Assembly (NCBI GenBank): GCA_963663405.2
Contig: CAXXSM010000021.1
Span: 76,519-140,518, forward strand
DNA length: 64,000 nt
DNA from: a bacterium
GTDB lineage: Bacteria; Hinthialibacterota; Hinthialibacteria; Hinthialibacterales; Hinthialibacteraceae
Direction: 5' to 3'
Part shown: positions 44,176-53,459 of the stretch, piece by piece
How positions within the stretch are numbered: position 1 is the stretch's first letter
Layout of the letters: each line of letters opens with the position of its first letter
Program-made: the position numbers and the translations under genes
Notes under the pieces: model-generated
Database searches by the model: none
Seen by the model: the letters and a program-made list of their open reading frames with translations, nothing else
Told to the model about the DNA's origin: nothing

Positions 44176-44821
44176 GGATTCGTTCACTCTGATTGAACTC
44201 TTAATCGTGGTGGCCATCATTGGGATTCTGGCGGCCATCGCGGTCCCTAATTTTCTCAACGCCCAGATCCGCAGCAAGATCGCGGCGGCGAAGGCGCAGA
44301 TCAGCGCTTGTTACACAGCGTTGGAATCCTACCGGCTGGATGAGAACGCGCTGCCGCCGACGCGGTATTTCTGCCTGGCGTTGGGAGCTGAGACGTACAA
44401 AAAATATTTTGAACTGCCGTATGAATTAACGACGCCAACCGCCTATCTGAGCGTGCGGCCGTTGGATCCGTTTTATTCTTTCCCAGGCGCGTCCAACGAG
44501 GCGCCCGGACAAACGATCAAATACCGGCGGCCCGGCTATGGATATTTCAACAACATGCCGACGCAGGAGGGAATCTGGATTCCCAAATCGTTCCCCATTG
44601 ACGATGGGGATTACATTTTTTACAACGACGCCTCGGAGGAACATCCCGCGTCGAAATCTCCCGTGGAATACGGCCTTTGGAGCGTCGGCCCTATTCCGAA
44701 AGAAGAGATCTCGATGAATATTTACGAACCGGTCCCCTCGCATACCTGGTACGCTTCGTCCAACGGTTTGGTCAGCACGGGGATCATCGTTCGATTAAGC
44801 ACGGGCCACTCGGCTCCCTGA
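44153..44821 (+). CDS. Prepilin-type N-terminal cleavage/methylation protein (pseudopilin-like)
   Basis: GGAGG RBS; RDS|FTLIELLIVVAIIGILAAIAVPNF; LTTPTAYL..DPF and WSVGP. Confidence 0.85.
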   Translation: MIGICTNRDSFTLIELLIVVAIIGILAAIAVPNFLNAQIRSKIAAAKAQISACYTALESYRLDENALPPTRYFCLALGAETYKKYFELPYELTTPTAYLSVRPLDPFYSFPGASNEAPGQTIKYRRPGYGYFNNMPTQEGIWIPKSFPIDDGDYIFYNDASEEHPASKSPVEYGLWSVGPIPKEEISMNIYEPVPSHTWYASSNGLVSTGIIVRLSTGHSAP

Positions 44822-44839
44822 TCTAGAAAGGATGCTACA

Positions 44840-45403
44840 ATGACTTTATATTCCCGTTTGTCTCTTTTGTCTCTAATTTTTATCATCGCGATAGTGCCTA
44901 TAACCATTATGGCTCACAAAGATCATTCTGATGGTCACGATCATTCTCATGATGGAACGATGACCTCTCACGTCGAATTCCGTCCATTAACCGAAGAGGA
45001 ACTCGAACGATTCCACGGGCATTTGGGGCCTTTCGTCGTATTAGGCGCCAAAATGGGGGAACACGCGGTGACGGTTCATGAGATCCCGCGTTATTTCGGT
45101 TTGACGGTCCTCGTGGAATGCCCGGATTCCCCGCCTTCTTCCTGCTTAATTGATGGATTGCAACCATCAACCGGCGCCACGATGGGGAAGAGAAACATCA
45201 AAATAACACCCGCTGAAGAAGTGAAGGTCACAATCATCAATGATGACAGCGGCAAGAAGGTCATCTACAAACTGAAAGCCTCCACGAAAGCCCTGTTCAA
45301 ACGCTGGGCGGACGAAAACACCATCACCATCACAGAACGCGGCCAGCGCGTGTTTAAGATGGAAGCGGAGGCGTTGTTTGATATTCAAGTAATAGAAGGA
45401 TAA
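44840..45403 (+). CDS. FmdE-family protein with signal peptide and His-rich N-terminus
   Basis: HKDHSDGHDHSHD, FHGHLGP and CLIDGLQ..TGATMGK motifs. Confidence 0.8.
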   Translation: MTLYSRLSLLSLIFIIAIVPITIMAHKDHSDGHDHSHDGTMTSHVEFRPLTEEELERFHGHLGPFVVLGAKMGEHAVTVHEIPRYFGLTVLVECPDSPPSSCLIDGLQPSTGATMGKRNIKITPAEEVKVTIINDDSGKKVIYKLKASTKALFKRWADENTITITERGQRVFKMEAEALFDIQVIEG

Positions 45404-45537
45404 AAACGACTTACTTTTGCAAAAATATTCTTCCATTTTTCTTTCCTTTATCAGATTAATTCCTTTCCTCTATAATGTGAACGTGGGAAAAATTGCTCAT
45501 TGATAAACGAATTCAATTGTAAGGGAGAGTTTTTTTG

Positions 45538-45951
45538 ATGAAATTCCATACAGAATATCTCTGGTTTCATGCCAAAAAGCGCAGGGAGTATTTTAACATC
45601 ACGCGGGATGTGGAAGAAATCGTGAGTAAGAGTGGAATCCGGGAAGGGATGGTCCTGGTTTCGGCGATGCACATCACCGCCGCCGTCTACGTCAATGACG
45701 CGGAATCCGGTCTCATCGAGGATATTGATGAATGGCTCGATAAACTGGCGCCGTTTGGGCCCGATTACCGGCATCACCGGACCGGCGAGGATAACGGGGA
45801 CGCGCATTTGAAGAATCTTCTTATGCACCATCAGATCATCGCGCCGATAACGGATGGAAAGCTGGATTTCGGACCCTGGCAGCAGATTTACTACGCCGAG
45901 TTCGATGGAAAACGGCGCAAGCGGGTGGTTGTGAAGGTGATGGGGGAGTGA
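45538..45951 (+). CDS. yjbQ: YjbQ (UPF0047) family protein
   Basis: [20 protein letters not shown] and [13 protein letters not shown] motifs. Confidence 0.9.
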   Translation: MKFHTEYLWFHAKKRREYFNITRDVEEIVSKSGIREGMVLVSAMHITAAVYVNDAESGLIEDIDEWLDKLAPFGPDYRHHRTGEDNGDAHLKNLLMHHQIIAPITDGKLDFGPWQQIYYAEFDGKRRKRVVVKVMGE

Positions 45952-45974
45952 TGGGAAGATAGATAAAAACAAGG

Positions 45975-46001
45975 AGGGCGGCTATGTAAGCCGCCCCTTT
46001 T
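45975..46001. terminator. Terminator between convergent yjbQ and ilvC
   Basis: GGGCGGC-TATGTAA-GCCGCCC followed by a T-run. Confidence 0.6.
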
Positions 46002-46023
46002 GATAATTCGAGTATCGTTTTTC

Positions 46024-47016
46024 TTACTTCTTGTTCAACCAAGGCATCAAACCGCGCAGTTCCTTGCCGACTTTTTCGACCTGGCTTTCCATGTCTTTTT
46101 TGCGCAGTGCGTTGAAGACAGGGCGGTTGGCTTGGTTTTCGAGAATCCATTCCCGGGCGAATTCGCCGTTCTGGATCTCTTCCAGGATGTATTTCATCTC
46201 TTCTTTTGTCTCATCGGTGATGAGACGCGGACCACGGGTCAGGTCGCCGTATTCGGCGGTGTCGGAGATGCTGTAGCGCATGCCCGAAAGTCCGTTTTCG
46301 TGAATCAAATCGACGATTAGTTTGATTTCATGAACGCATTCAAAATACGCCATTTCCGGCTGATAACCCGCTTCGACCAGGGTTTCAAAACTCGCCTTGA
46401 TCAACGCCGTGAGGCCGCCGCAGAGAACGACCTGCTCGCCGAAGAGATCCGTCTCGGTTTCTTCGAGGAACGTGGTTTCGATCACACCCGCGCGCCCCGC
46501 GCCGATGCCGCTCGCGTACGCCAGCGCGTTCTCTTTCGCTTTGCCGGTCGCGTCTTGGTGAACCGCGATCAGGGCGGGCACGCCACCGCCATCAACATAG
46601 ACACGGCGGACCAGATGCCCCGGTCCCTTTGGCGCGCACATGATGACGTCCACATCGGATGGAGGGATGATCTGACCGTAATGGATGTTGAATCCATGCG
46701 CGAACAACAGCGTTTTTCCTTCTCCCATTTCGCTTTCCAGTTCGCTGTTATAGACGATGGGCTGGAGCTGATCCGGAACAGTGATCGTCAGGATATCGCC
46801 CTGTTTGGCGGCTTCGTTGGCCGTCAGGACATCAAATCCATCGGCTTTGGCCTTTTCGTAATTCGGACCGGGCACTTCGGCCACGACGACTTTGATCCCA
46901 CTGTCTCTAAGGTTTTGTGAATGCGCATGCCCCTGGCTGCCGTAGCCGATGATCGCCACGGTTTTGTCTTTCAATAAATCCAGGTTGGCGTCCTTGTCAT
47001 AATACATTTTTACCAT
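46024..47016 (-). CDS. ilvC: Ketol-acid reductoisomerase
   Basis: [19 protein letters not shown] and [10 protein letters not shown] motifs. Confidence 0.97.
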   Translation of the reverse strand: MVKMYYDKDANLDLLKDKTVAIIGYGSQGHAHSQNLRDSGIKVVVAEVPGPNYEKAKADGFDVLTANEAAKQGDILTITVPDQLQPIVYNSELESEMGEGKTLLFAHGFNIHYGQIIPPSDVDVIMCAPKGPGHLVRRVYVDGGGVPALIAVHQDATGKAKENALAYASGIGAGRAGVIETTFLEETETDLFGEQVVLCGGLTALIKASFETLVEAGYQPEMAYFECVHEIKLIVDLIHENGLSGMRYSISDTAEYGDLTRGPRLITDETKEEMKYILEEIQNGEFAREWILENQANRPVFNALRKKDMESQVEKVGKELRGLMPWLNKK

Positions 47017-47277
47017 ATTCGTTCTCCTTTACACACATATTATGGTTTATATGACTCATTAGAAAGTTGAGTATTGTTTGAGAATCTCTTATTCATTTTT
47101 TCCCCATTAACAATTGTGGGAAATCAGAGGGGTGTTGATTGTCAAACCATTTTGACTTGGTTTGGAATTCTACAAGGGCAAAGACGGCGATCATACGAAC
47201 ATTTACACAGGTATTTACCCTTGGTTCCCGGCCTGATTTATTTGTTAAGCGCTAACTCAAATAAGCGCAATTACTCG

Positions 47278-47793
47278 TTACACGACGGTTTTCAAAACAG
47301 TGGAATTCTCCGCCAAGCCGCGCGCCATCGCGACGCGTCCACCCCGCGCTACTTCAATGATACCGTAAGGATCCAATAACTCTAAGAGTCCTGACAGTTT
47401 TCCTTCGCTTCCAGTCGCTTCGACAATCATCGATTCGGGGCCGACATTGGCGATTTTCGCGCCGAACAGATTGGCGATTTGCGCGATTTCCGTCCGTTCT
47501 TTCTTTTTGGCTTTCACTTTGCAGAGCGCTAATTCACGGCTGACGATTTCGCGGTCTTCCATGGAAAAATCATGGACTTCATGAATGTCGATCAACTTTC
47601 CTAATTGTTTACGAACTTGATCCATGATTTTATCATCTCCCGTCGTCACGATCGTCATCCGGGATTGTTTCGGATTATTGGTTTCCGCGACGGATAGGCT
47701 CTCGATGTTGAATCCCCGCGCGGAAAACAATCCGGCCACCCGCGCCAGCACTCCAGAACGGTTTTCGACTAGTAAATAAAAGATATGTCTCAT
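47278..47793 (-). CDS. ilvN: Acetolactate synthase small subunit
   Basis: VENRSGVLARVAGLFSARGFNIESL ACT domain. Confidence 0.95.
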   Translation of the reverse strand: MRHIFYLLVENRSGVLARVAGLFSARGFNIESLSVAETNNPKQSRMTIVTTGDDKIMDQVRKQLGKLIDIHEVHDFSMEDREIVSRELALCKVKAKKKERTEIAQIANLFGAKIANVGPESMIVEATGSEGKLSGLLELLDPYGIIEVARGGRVAMARGLAENSTVLKTVV

Positions 47794-47812
47794 GATGGTT
47801 TCCTCGCTTTTT

Positions 47813-49624
47813 TTAGGCCATGCCTTCCAGGATATGACTCAGTGACGCGCCCGCCGGCACCATAGGATAAACATTCTCTTCCCGCGCGACCCAGACATCG
47901 AGAATCGACACTTTCGTTTGAGAAAGGCATTCCCGGATGGCGTCATCCAATTCACTTTTTTTCTTCACCCGGCGTCCCCAGGCGCCATAGGCCGCCGCCA
48001 GTTGTTCGAAGTCGGGTAGATATTCCGCATTCATCCAAGCGCCGGGATTGGTGTCTTTCCGTGCAACGCCGGGCGCGGGACGGCTCAGTTCGGTCGCGGA
48101 GTAATTCTTACCATAGAACAGGTCTTGCCACTGCCGCACCATGCCCAGCCAGCCATTGTTCATGATAATGATTTTGACCGGAAGGTTGTTATAGATGGCG
48201 GTCGCCAGTTCCTGAATATTCATCTGGATGGAACCATCCCCCGCTATGTCGATGACTTGGCGTTTTGGGAACGCCCGCTGGGCGCCCAGGGCTGCGGGGA
48301 ATCCATACCCCATCGTTCCAAGGCCGCCGGACGTAAGCCAGGAGCGGGGTTGGGTGAATGTACAGCGCTGCGCCGCCCACATCTGATGCTGCCCCACCTC
48401 ACTGGCGATGATCGCGTCATCATCCGAAAATTCGTCGATTTTATGGATTAAATATTGGGGTGTGATCAGTTCGGGATCATCAGACTCAGGGATGGTTAAA
48501 GGATATTGTTTTTTCCATCCCTCCACTTTTTCGAGCCATTCTTTTGTATCGCACCGTTTCACCAATTTATTTAGATCCTGGAGGATATGTTTCGCGTCTC
48601 CAATCAGGTCCACATCCACCAATACATTTTTACTAATGGAAGATGGATCGATATCCATGTGGATGATCTTGGCGTGAGGCGCGAATTCTTCGAGTTTCCC
48701 AGTGACCCGATCATCGAACCGCGATCCCACGGCGATCAGGCAATCGCAATCCTGGACAGCCTTATTCGCATAAACCGTTCCGTGCATACCCAGCATGAGA
48801 AGAGAAAGGGGATGCGTTTCCGGAAAGGCGCCGAGTCCCATCAAGGTTGTGGTGACGGGAATCTGGGCCTTGGTGGCGAAGGTGTATAGTTCCTTGCTCG
48901 CGTCCGCATTAATTACGCCGCCCCCGGCGTAGATCAAGGGCCGTTTGGAGGATTGGATGATCTTCCAGGCTTTTTTGATATTCTCTTCGGGCGCGTCCAT
49001 GATGATGGTATAGCCGGGGAGATCCGGTTCTGTTGGATACACGTAATTCTCAAGCGTAGTTTTTTGTATATCTTTCGGCAGATCGATCACCACTGGGCCG
49101 GGACGGCCGGTGCGAGCAAGATGGAACGCGTTTTTCATCAAGATGGGGAGTTCTTCGATTCCCTGTACTAAATAGTTATGTTTGGTCACGGGTCTGGTAA
49201 TGCCCACAACGTCGGCTTCCTGAAACGCGTCGTTGCCGATCAACGGGGTGGCGACTTGACCGGAAATCATGACCAGGGGGATTGAATCCATCATCGCATC
49301 GGCGAGTCCGGTGACCGTGTTGGTCGCGCCGGGGCCGGAGGTGACTAAACAGCAGCCGACCTTGCCCGTGGATCGGGCGTATCCTTCCGCCATGTGCATG
49401 GCGCCTTGTTCGTGGCGCGTCAGAATGAATTCGAATTTATCCGTCTGGTTGACTAGATCGAACACGTCGATAATCGCGCCGCCAGGGAAGCCGAAGATGA
49501 CCTCCACTCCTTCTTTCTCCAGCGCGTCGATCACAATTTGCGCGCCTGTCATGCTGACCGGTTTCGCGGACTGTGGGGATTTTTTTGTCCGTGTTTTTCG
49601 TTTGGTTGGGCTTTTCGCTGCCAT
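47813..49624 (-). CDS. ilvB: Acetolactate synthase large subunit
   Basis: FGFPGG, RHEQGA, TSGPGATN and GDGSIQMNIQEL motifs. Confidence 0.96.
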   Translation of the reverse strand: MAAKSPTKRKTRTKKSPQSAKPVSMTGAQIVIDALEKEGVEVIFGFPGGAIIDVFDLVNQTDKFEFILTRHEQGAMHMAEGYARSTGKVGCCLVTSGPGATNTVTGLADAMMDSIPLVMISGQVATPLIGNDAFQEADVVGITRPVTKHNYLVQGIEELPILMKNAFHLARTGRPGPVVIDLPKDIQKTTLENYVYPTEPDLPGYTIIMDAPEENIKKAWKIIQSSKRPLIYAGGGVINADASKELYTFATKAQIPVTTTLMGLGAFPETHPLSLLMLGMHGTVYANKAVQDCDCLIAVGSRFDDRVTGKLEEFAPHAKIIHMDIDPSSISKNVLVDVDLIGDAKHILQDLNKLVKRCDTKEWLEKVEGWKKQYPLTIPESDDPELITPQYLIHKIDEFSDDDAIIASEVGQHQMWAAQRCTFTQPRSWLTSGGLGTMGYGFPAALGAQRAFPKRQVIDIAGDGSIQMNIQELATAIYNNLPVKIIIMNNGWLGMVRQWQDLFYGKNYSATELSRPAPGVARKDTNPGAWMNAEYLPDFEQLAAAYGAWGRRVKKKSELDDAIRECLSQTKVSILDVWVAREENVYPMVPAGASLSHILEGMA

Positions 49625-49674
49625 TTTTGTTCCTCCATTTCTCTTCTCATACTCAGTTTTTTATAATTTAAATT

Positions 49675-50358
49675 TCATTCATTGCTTTTTGGTTGAAAAA
49701 TTAAGATTTCTTGTTTTTCAACGAGTGTCCGGTTTTCACGAATCAACCGCCAACCCGCCGATTTCATGGATTCTAGTACGTCTTTGTATAGGTATCGCTC
49801 GGATCTATCTTCATTCAATATTTTTTTCCAGATCACGATGATGGCGGAGCCGCCTGGTTTTAAAAGAGGTTTCATGTCTCTGTAATACTGCGCTGGATCA
49901 TCAAGGTGGTGGTGTACATTGCAAAAGAAGAGGAGATCCACACTTTGCGGCGCCAGCATGGGACGGTCCGGCGCCGCGTAGACGGTCACTATATTGTTGA
50001 GTCCCTCTTCTTTGGCTTTCTTCTGCGCGTATTCCAACAGCCCTTCGTTGATATCGCAGCAGTATACAATGCCGGATGGCCCAACATGTTTTGCGAAGGG
50101 GCGGGTAAAATAACCAGTGCCACCTCCAATATCAGCAATCCGGTCTCCCTCTTTCACACTCATGTAGGCGATGATGTCTTCGACTTTCTGCCATTCGGCC
50201 CGTTCGGGATCTTCGTATTCATGCGCGAGTATCTTGGCTTGGATTTCTTTTGGAAGGTCCTCGAAATCTTTGTTCCGACCTGTAGAAGTCAGCGCTGGAA
50301 TGATTAATAGGACTGCCAAACACCATAACAAACCTTTGTTTCGATACCGGCTATGCAT
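49675..50358 (-). CDS. Class I SAM-dependent methyltransferase with N-terminal signal-like segment
   Basis: IADIGGGTGYF, NVHHHL and LKPGG motifs. Confidence 0.85.
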   Translation of the reverse strand: MHSRYRNKGLLWCLAVLLIIPALTSTGRNKDFEDLPKEIQAKILAHEYEDPERAEWQKVEDIIAYMSVKEGDRIADIGGGTGYFTRPFAKHVGPSGIVYCCDINEGLLEYAQKKAKEEGLNNIVTVYAAPDRPMLAPQSVDLLFFCNVHHHLDDPAQYYRDMKPLLKPGGSAIIVIWKKILNEDRSERYLYKDVLESMKSAGWRLIRENRTLVEKQEILIFQPKSNE

Positions 50359-50503
50359 CGTTTATCCCTTTCTGGATATAGCTGGGATGTTCTTCTCCCG
50401 CCGATCTGAATTTTTGTAAATAGAGTTTTTAATAACTTCCGTTTCTGTTCTCTTTGTCGTTATGGGCTATAGATTTTCAGTTCAGAAAAAAAATATAGGC
50501 ATG

Positions 50504-50538
50504 AAAAAAGCCGTGAGCGGTTTGGGTTCGCCCACGGC
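50504..50538 (-). terminator. Attenuator terminator of the ilv leader
   Basis: GCCGTGGGCG-loop-CGCTCACGGC-TTTTTT on the minus strand. Confidence 0.85.
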
Positions 50539-50561
50539 CTTAAGGAGTTTCTTGCTGGGTG

Positions 50562-50657
50562 TTAGCCGCGTCTCCTTAAAGCAGCAGGCGTACGAACGCC
50601 GACGAGTACGACGACGTCAATAAGAACGGCCAGCTGAATCAAAGAAATACGGCTCAC
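50562..50657 (-). CDS. ilv operon leader peptide, 31 aa, not in ORF track
   Basis: GTG start after AAAGGA; MSRISLIQLAVLIDVVVLVGVRTPAALRRRG has 13 Ile/Leu/Val residues. Confidence 0.8.
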   Translation of the reverse strand: MSRISLIQLAVLIDVVVLVGVRTPAALRRRG

Positions 50658-50710
50658 GGTTTTTTCCTTTTATTAACTGCTATCGAACTGAAAATCTAAA
50701 TAATTCGAGT

Positions 50711-50739
50711 AGTTTATTCCTTGTGTGCCGCAATGTCAA
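50711..50739 (-). promoter_or_regulatory. Sigma70 promoter of the ilv leader
   Basis: TTGACA-N17-TAAACT. Confidence 0.7.
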
Positions 50740-50800
50740 GAGGGAACGGGTTAGTTTTTTGTGAGGGGAGAAAAAACATCTGAATCTTGTGCGCTGGGAT

Positions 50801-51736
50801 TTAGTTTTCCATCGCGTTCAATTTACGGATAGCGCGGTTCATCGCCCGTTTGACGTTGCCCAGCGCGGCGGGGCGCATCTGATCGGTCAACGGTTTCACT
50901 TCGATTGTAACGATCGGAGGTTCTTGGGGATCCAGGTAACCGGCTTCCCGCAGCGCTTTCAAATATCGCACGAGATCCAATTCGGAATTCTCGCCGTTAT
51001 CGATACCGAAGGGGGGATGATTGTCGCCATAATATGGATCTTCACTGTTCTTCATCACACAATTCCCAACATGCGCATGAAGGAGCAAAGGCGCCGCCGT
51101 GGAAATCGCGTGTTCCGGCGTCTCGTTCAAGAGGGGGAGATGAGAAAGATCCAGCATAAGACCGAACCGGGGATAATCCCGCCGGACTTTCGCCGCCATC
51201 TCCACCGCTTCAAGCGTGGGGCCGATCAGACAATTCTTCCCGAACGGTACCCGGTCAAAGGTTTCCACGACGACATTCATTTCTGGATTCAATTCATGGG
51301 CGCGGGCGCAGATTTTTCGAAGTGAATCGATGAACAGTTTAGTTTCTTCCTCCCGGTGTTCTTCGCCGGGATCGACGCCGGATATCGTCGCGAAACCAAC
51401 CACGTTCATTTCGACCGCTTCTTCGAGGCAGTCCATAATTTTATTCACGGCCGTTCTCCGTGTATCGGCGTCACGTGAATGCAGATTCAATCCGCCGCCA
51501 AGAACGATCGGCTGTGAACCGTAGGCCAGATCCATCCCCGCGATTTTGGCGCGAAACGCGGCTTCTTTACGTACGGATTCATCCTCGATGTGGGTGACTT
51601 CGATCACGTCCCAGAATTCATCCGCCACAAGTTCATCAATGCTTTCCAAAGTCGGTCCGCCTCCGGTCATGACCGAAGGATACGCCATGAAATGAACAAT
51701 CCCGACTCGCATCGCCTGACGCAGATCCAACACCAT
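50801..51736 (-). CDS. Sugar phosphate isomerase/epimerase family TIM-barrel protein
   Basis: VVETFD, LDLSHLPL, HAHVGN, DNHPPFG and IEVKP motifs. Confidence 0.85.
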   Translation of the reverse strand: MVLDLRQAMRVGIVHFMAYPSVMTGGGPTLESIDELVADEFWDVIEVTHIEDESVRKEAAFRAKIAGMDLAYGSQPIVLGGGLNLHSRDADTRRTAVNKIMDCLEEAVEMNVVGFATISGVDPGEEHREEETKLFIDSLRKICARAHELNPEMNVVVETFDRVPFGKNCLIGPTLEAVEMAAKVRRDYPRFGLMLDLSHLPLLNETPEHAISTAAPLLLHAHVGNCVMKNSEDPYYGDNHPPFGIDNGENSELDLVRYLKALREAGYLDPQEPPIVTIEVKPLTDQMRPAALGNVKRAMNRAIRKLNAMEN

Positions 51737-52120
51737 GAGAAGATACCTCCCATTATTATCCTTTTCATAAAGTTCACATTATATATAGGTTGTAAATCCT
51801 TTTTTGCAAGTGGAGGCGAAGGCGGGTGTCATTTGTTTTCCAGAAAAATCATTGTTTCGTTCGAGAAAATAAGAAATGAATCGCTGGATTTCCTTAGGCT
51901 TGCGCCGAAACGGACCGGATTCAGCTTGACAGCTGAAACTTTCGATAGAGAATGTCCAATAAGGCGCGGCCGGGATCGTTCCCTATCGAATCGATCGATA
52001 ATCTGCGGTTCGAACCCAAATCCGTGCAGGTGGTCTGTAGAATTCACGCGCTGGCAAGATGGCGTCCCCAGGACAAACCGTACGCCAGCGCTCGATCTAT
52101 ACGATAGAGATGCGATTCGA

Positions 52121-52195
52121 TTTGTTTGAAAATGAGTTTCATTGTTCCCTGCCACAACTCATTTTCATTTGCCGGTTGTGATCTCGATTATAATA
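52121..52195 (-). repeat. Dispersed fourth copy of the conserved-head/variable-hairpin repeat
   Basis: Minus strand reads ATAATCGAGATCACAACCGGCAAATGAAAATGAGT-N19-ACTCATTTTCA. Confidence 0.8.
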
Positions 52196-52250
52196 GTTTC
52201 AGTGTTCTGCGGATTGACCGATTCGTCATAATGAAGGCTAAGGACCGTTC

Positions 52251-53342
52251 ATGGATTCAAGTATATCTGCATTGTCGAGTGAATTCTCTTCCAGTTCGGA
52301 AATCACTCTCTCCTCCCTATATCAGCCGATCGAGGAGGCATTGACCCAGACGAAAGATCTCTACCGGGAGATGATTCTCAACTCGGCGGAGCGCAACTAT
52401 TTGCACAATCTCATCCGTGGCGATGGGGAGTCTTTTGAACCCGGTGTTTTTAATGTGGATGCAGCGGATGCGATCGCGGATCATCTGCTGCAAAGCCAAG
52501 GGAAATGGATCCGCGCCGCGCTGGCGCTTCACGCGGTCAATATCAATCAACCGCCGGATGAACCGGCGCGTCAATTGGCGGTAGCCGTCGAGTTGATCCA
52601 TTTGGCGACATTAGTGCATGACGATATCATTGATGAAGCGCCCATGCGGCGGGGTCAAACCTCGGTCTCTTTCGGCTGGGGGAACTCGGTCGCTGTTCTT
52701 TTTGGGGATTTTTTATTATCAAGAGCGTTCAAATTGCTATTGGCCTGTGAATCGGCGTCCGCTCAGACACTGATGATGCGGGCGACCGGGCAAGTGTGTA
52801 TGGGGGAAATCAAGCAGTTGCGGCCTGTCGATCGAAGCGAATACACCGAGGACGATTACCTGGAAACCATCGAAAACAAGACCGCCTCGTTAATGGCAGC
52901 CGCCACCGCCGCCGGGGGGTGTCTAGGAGAGTTGAGTGAGGAGTTGGTTGAGTATCTCCACGGGTACGGTCATGCGCTGGGTATGGTATTTCAAATCACG
53001 GATGATCTCTTGGATTACACCTCTTCAGTGAATGTGATGGGCAAAGAGAGGGGAGGGGATTTGCGGAATGGGAAAGTGACTCTGCCCCTGATTCATCTTT
53101 TAAAACATCGACCTGCTGCCCATTCGATAATAAACAATGATGAACCGGCGGAAGAAAAAACGCGTGTGCTGCTCACTATGATGAACGATATGGGTTCAAT
53201 TGAGTACGCGTACGACGCTGGCCGCCGGTACGGCGGGAAAGCCAAGGAGTATCTGCGCGCGATCGAGCGGGTGTTGGGCGCGTCAGCCAGCCTTCGTTCG
53301 CTCTACGATCTCGTCGATTTTGTTCTCGCCCGGAAACGATAA
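52251..53342 (+). CDS. Polyprenyl diphosphate synthase
   Basis: HDDIID..RRG (FARM), KTA and FQITDDLLD (SARM). Confidence 0.93.
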   Translation: MDSSISALSSEFSSSSEITLSSLYQPIEEALTQTKDLYREMILNSAERNYLHNLIRGDGESFEPGVFNVDAADAIADHLLQSQGKWIRAALALHAVNINQPPDEPARQLAVAVELIHLATLVHDDIIDEAPMRRGQTSVSFGWGNSVAVLFGDFLLSRAFKLLLACESASAQTLMMRATGQVCMGEIKQLRPVDRSEYTEDDYLETIENKTASLMAAATAAGGCLGELSEELVEYLHGYGHALGMVFQITDDLLDYTSSVNVMGKERGGDLRNGKVTLPLIHLLKHRPAAHSIINNDEPAEEKTRVLLTMMNDMGSIEYAYDAGRRYGGKAKEYLRAIERVLGASASLRSLYDLVDFVLARKR

Positions 53343-53459
53343 AATCCATTTGTTCTATTTGAAATTTTAAATGATTGAAGGTGGAAAACGGAAGGATCAA
53401 TCGGATGAAGATCCTCATTTCAGTATCCTTCTGCCTCAATAACTGAGTTGTTGCAAACA

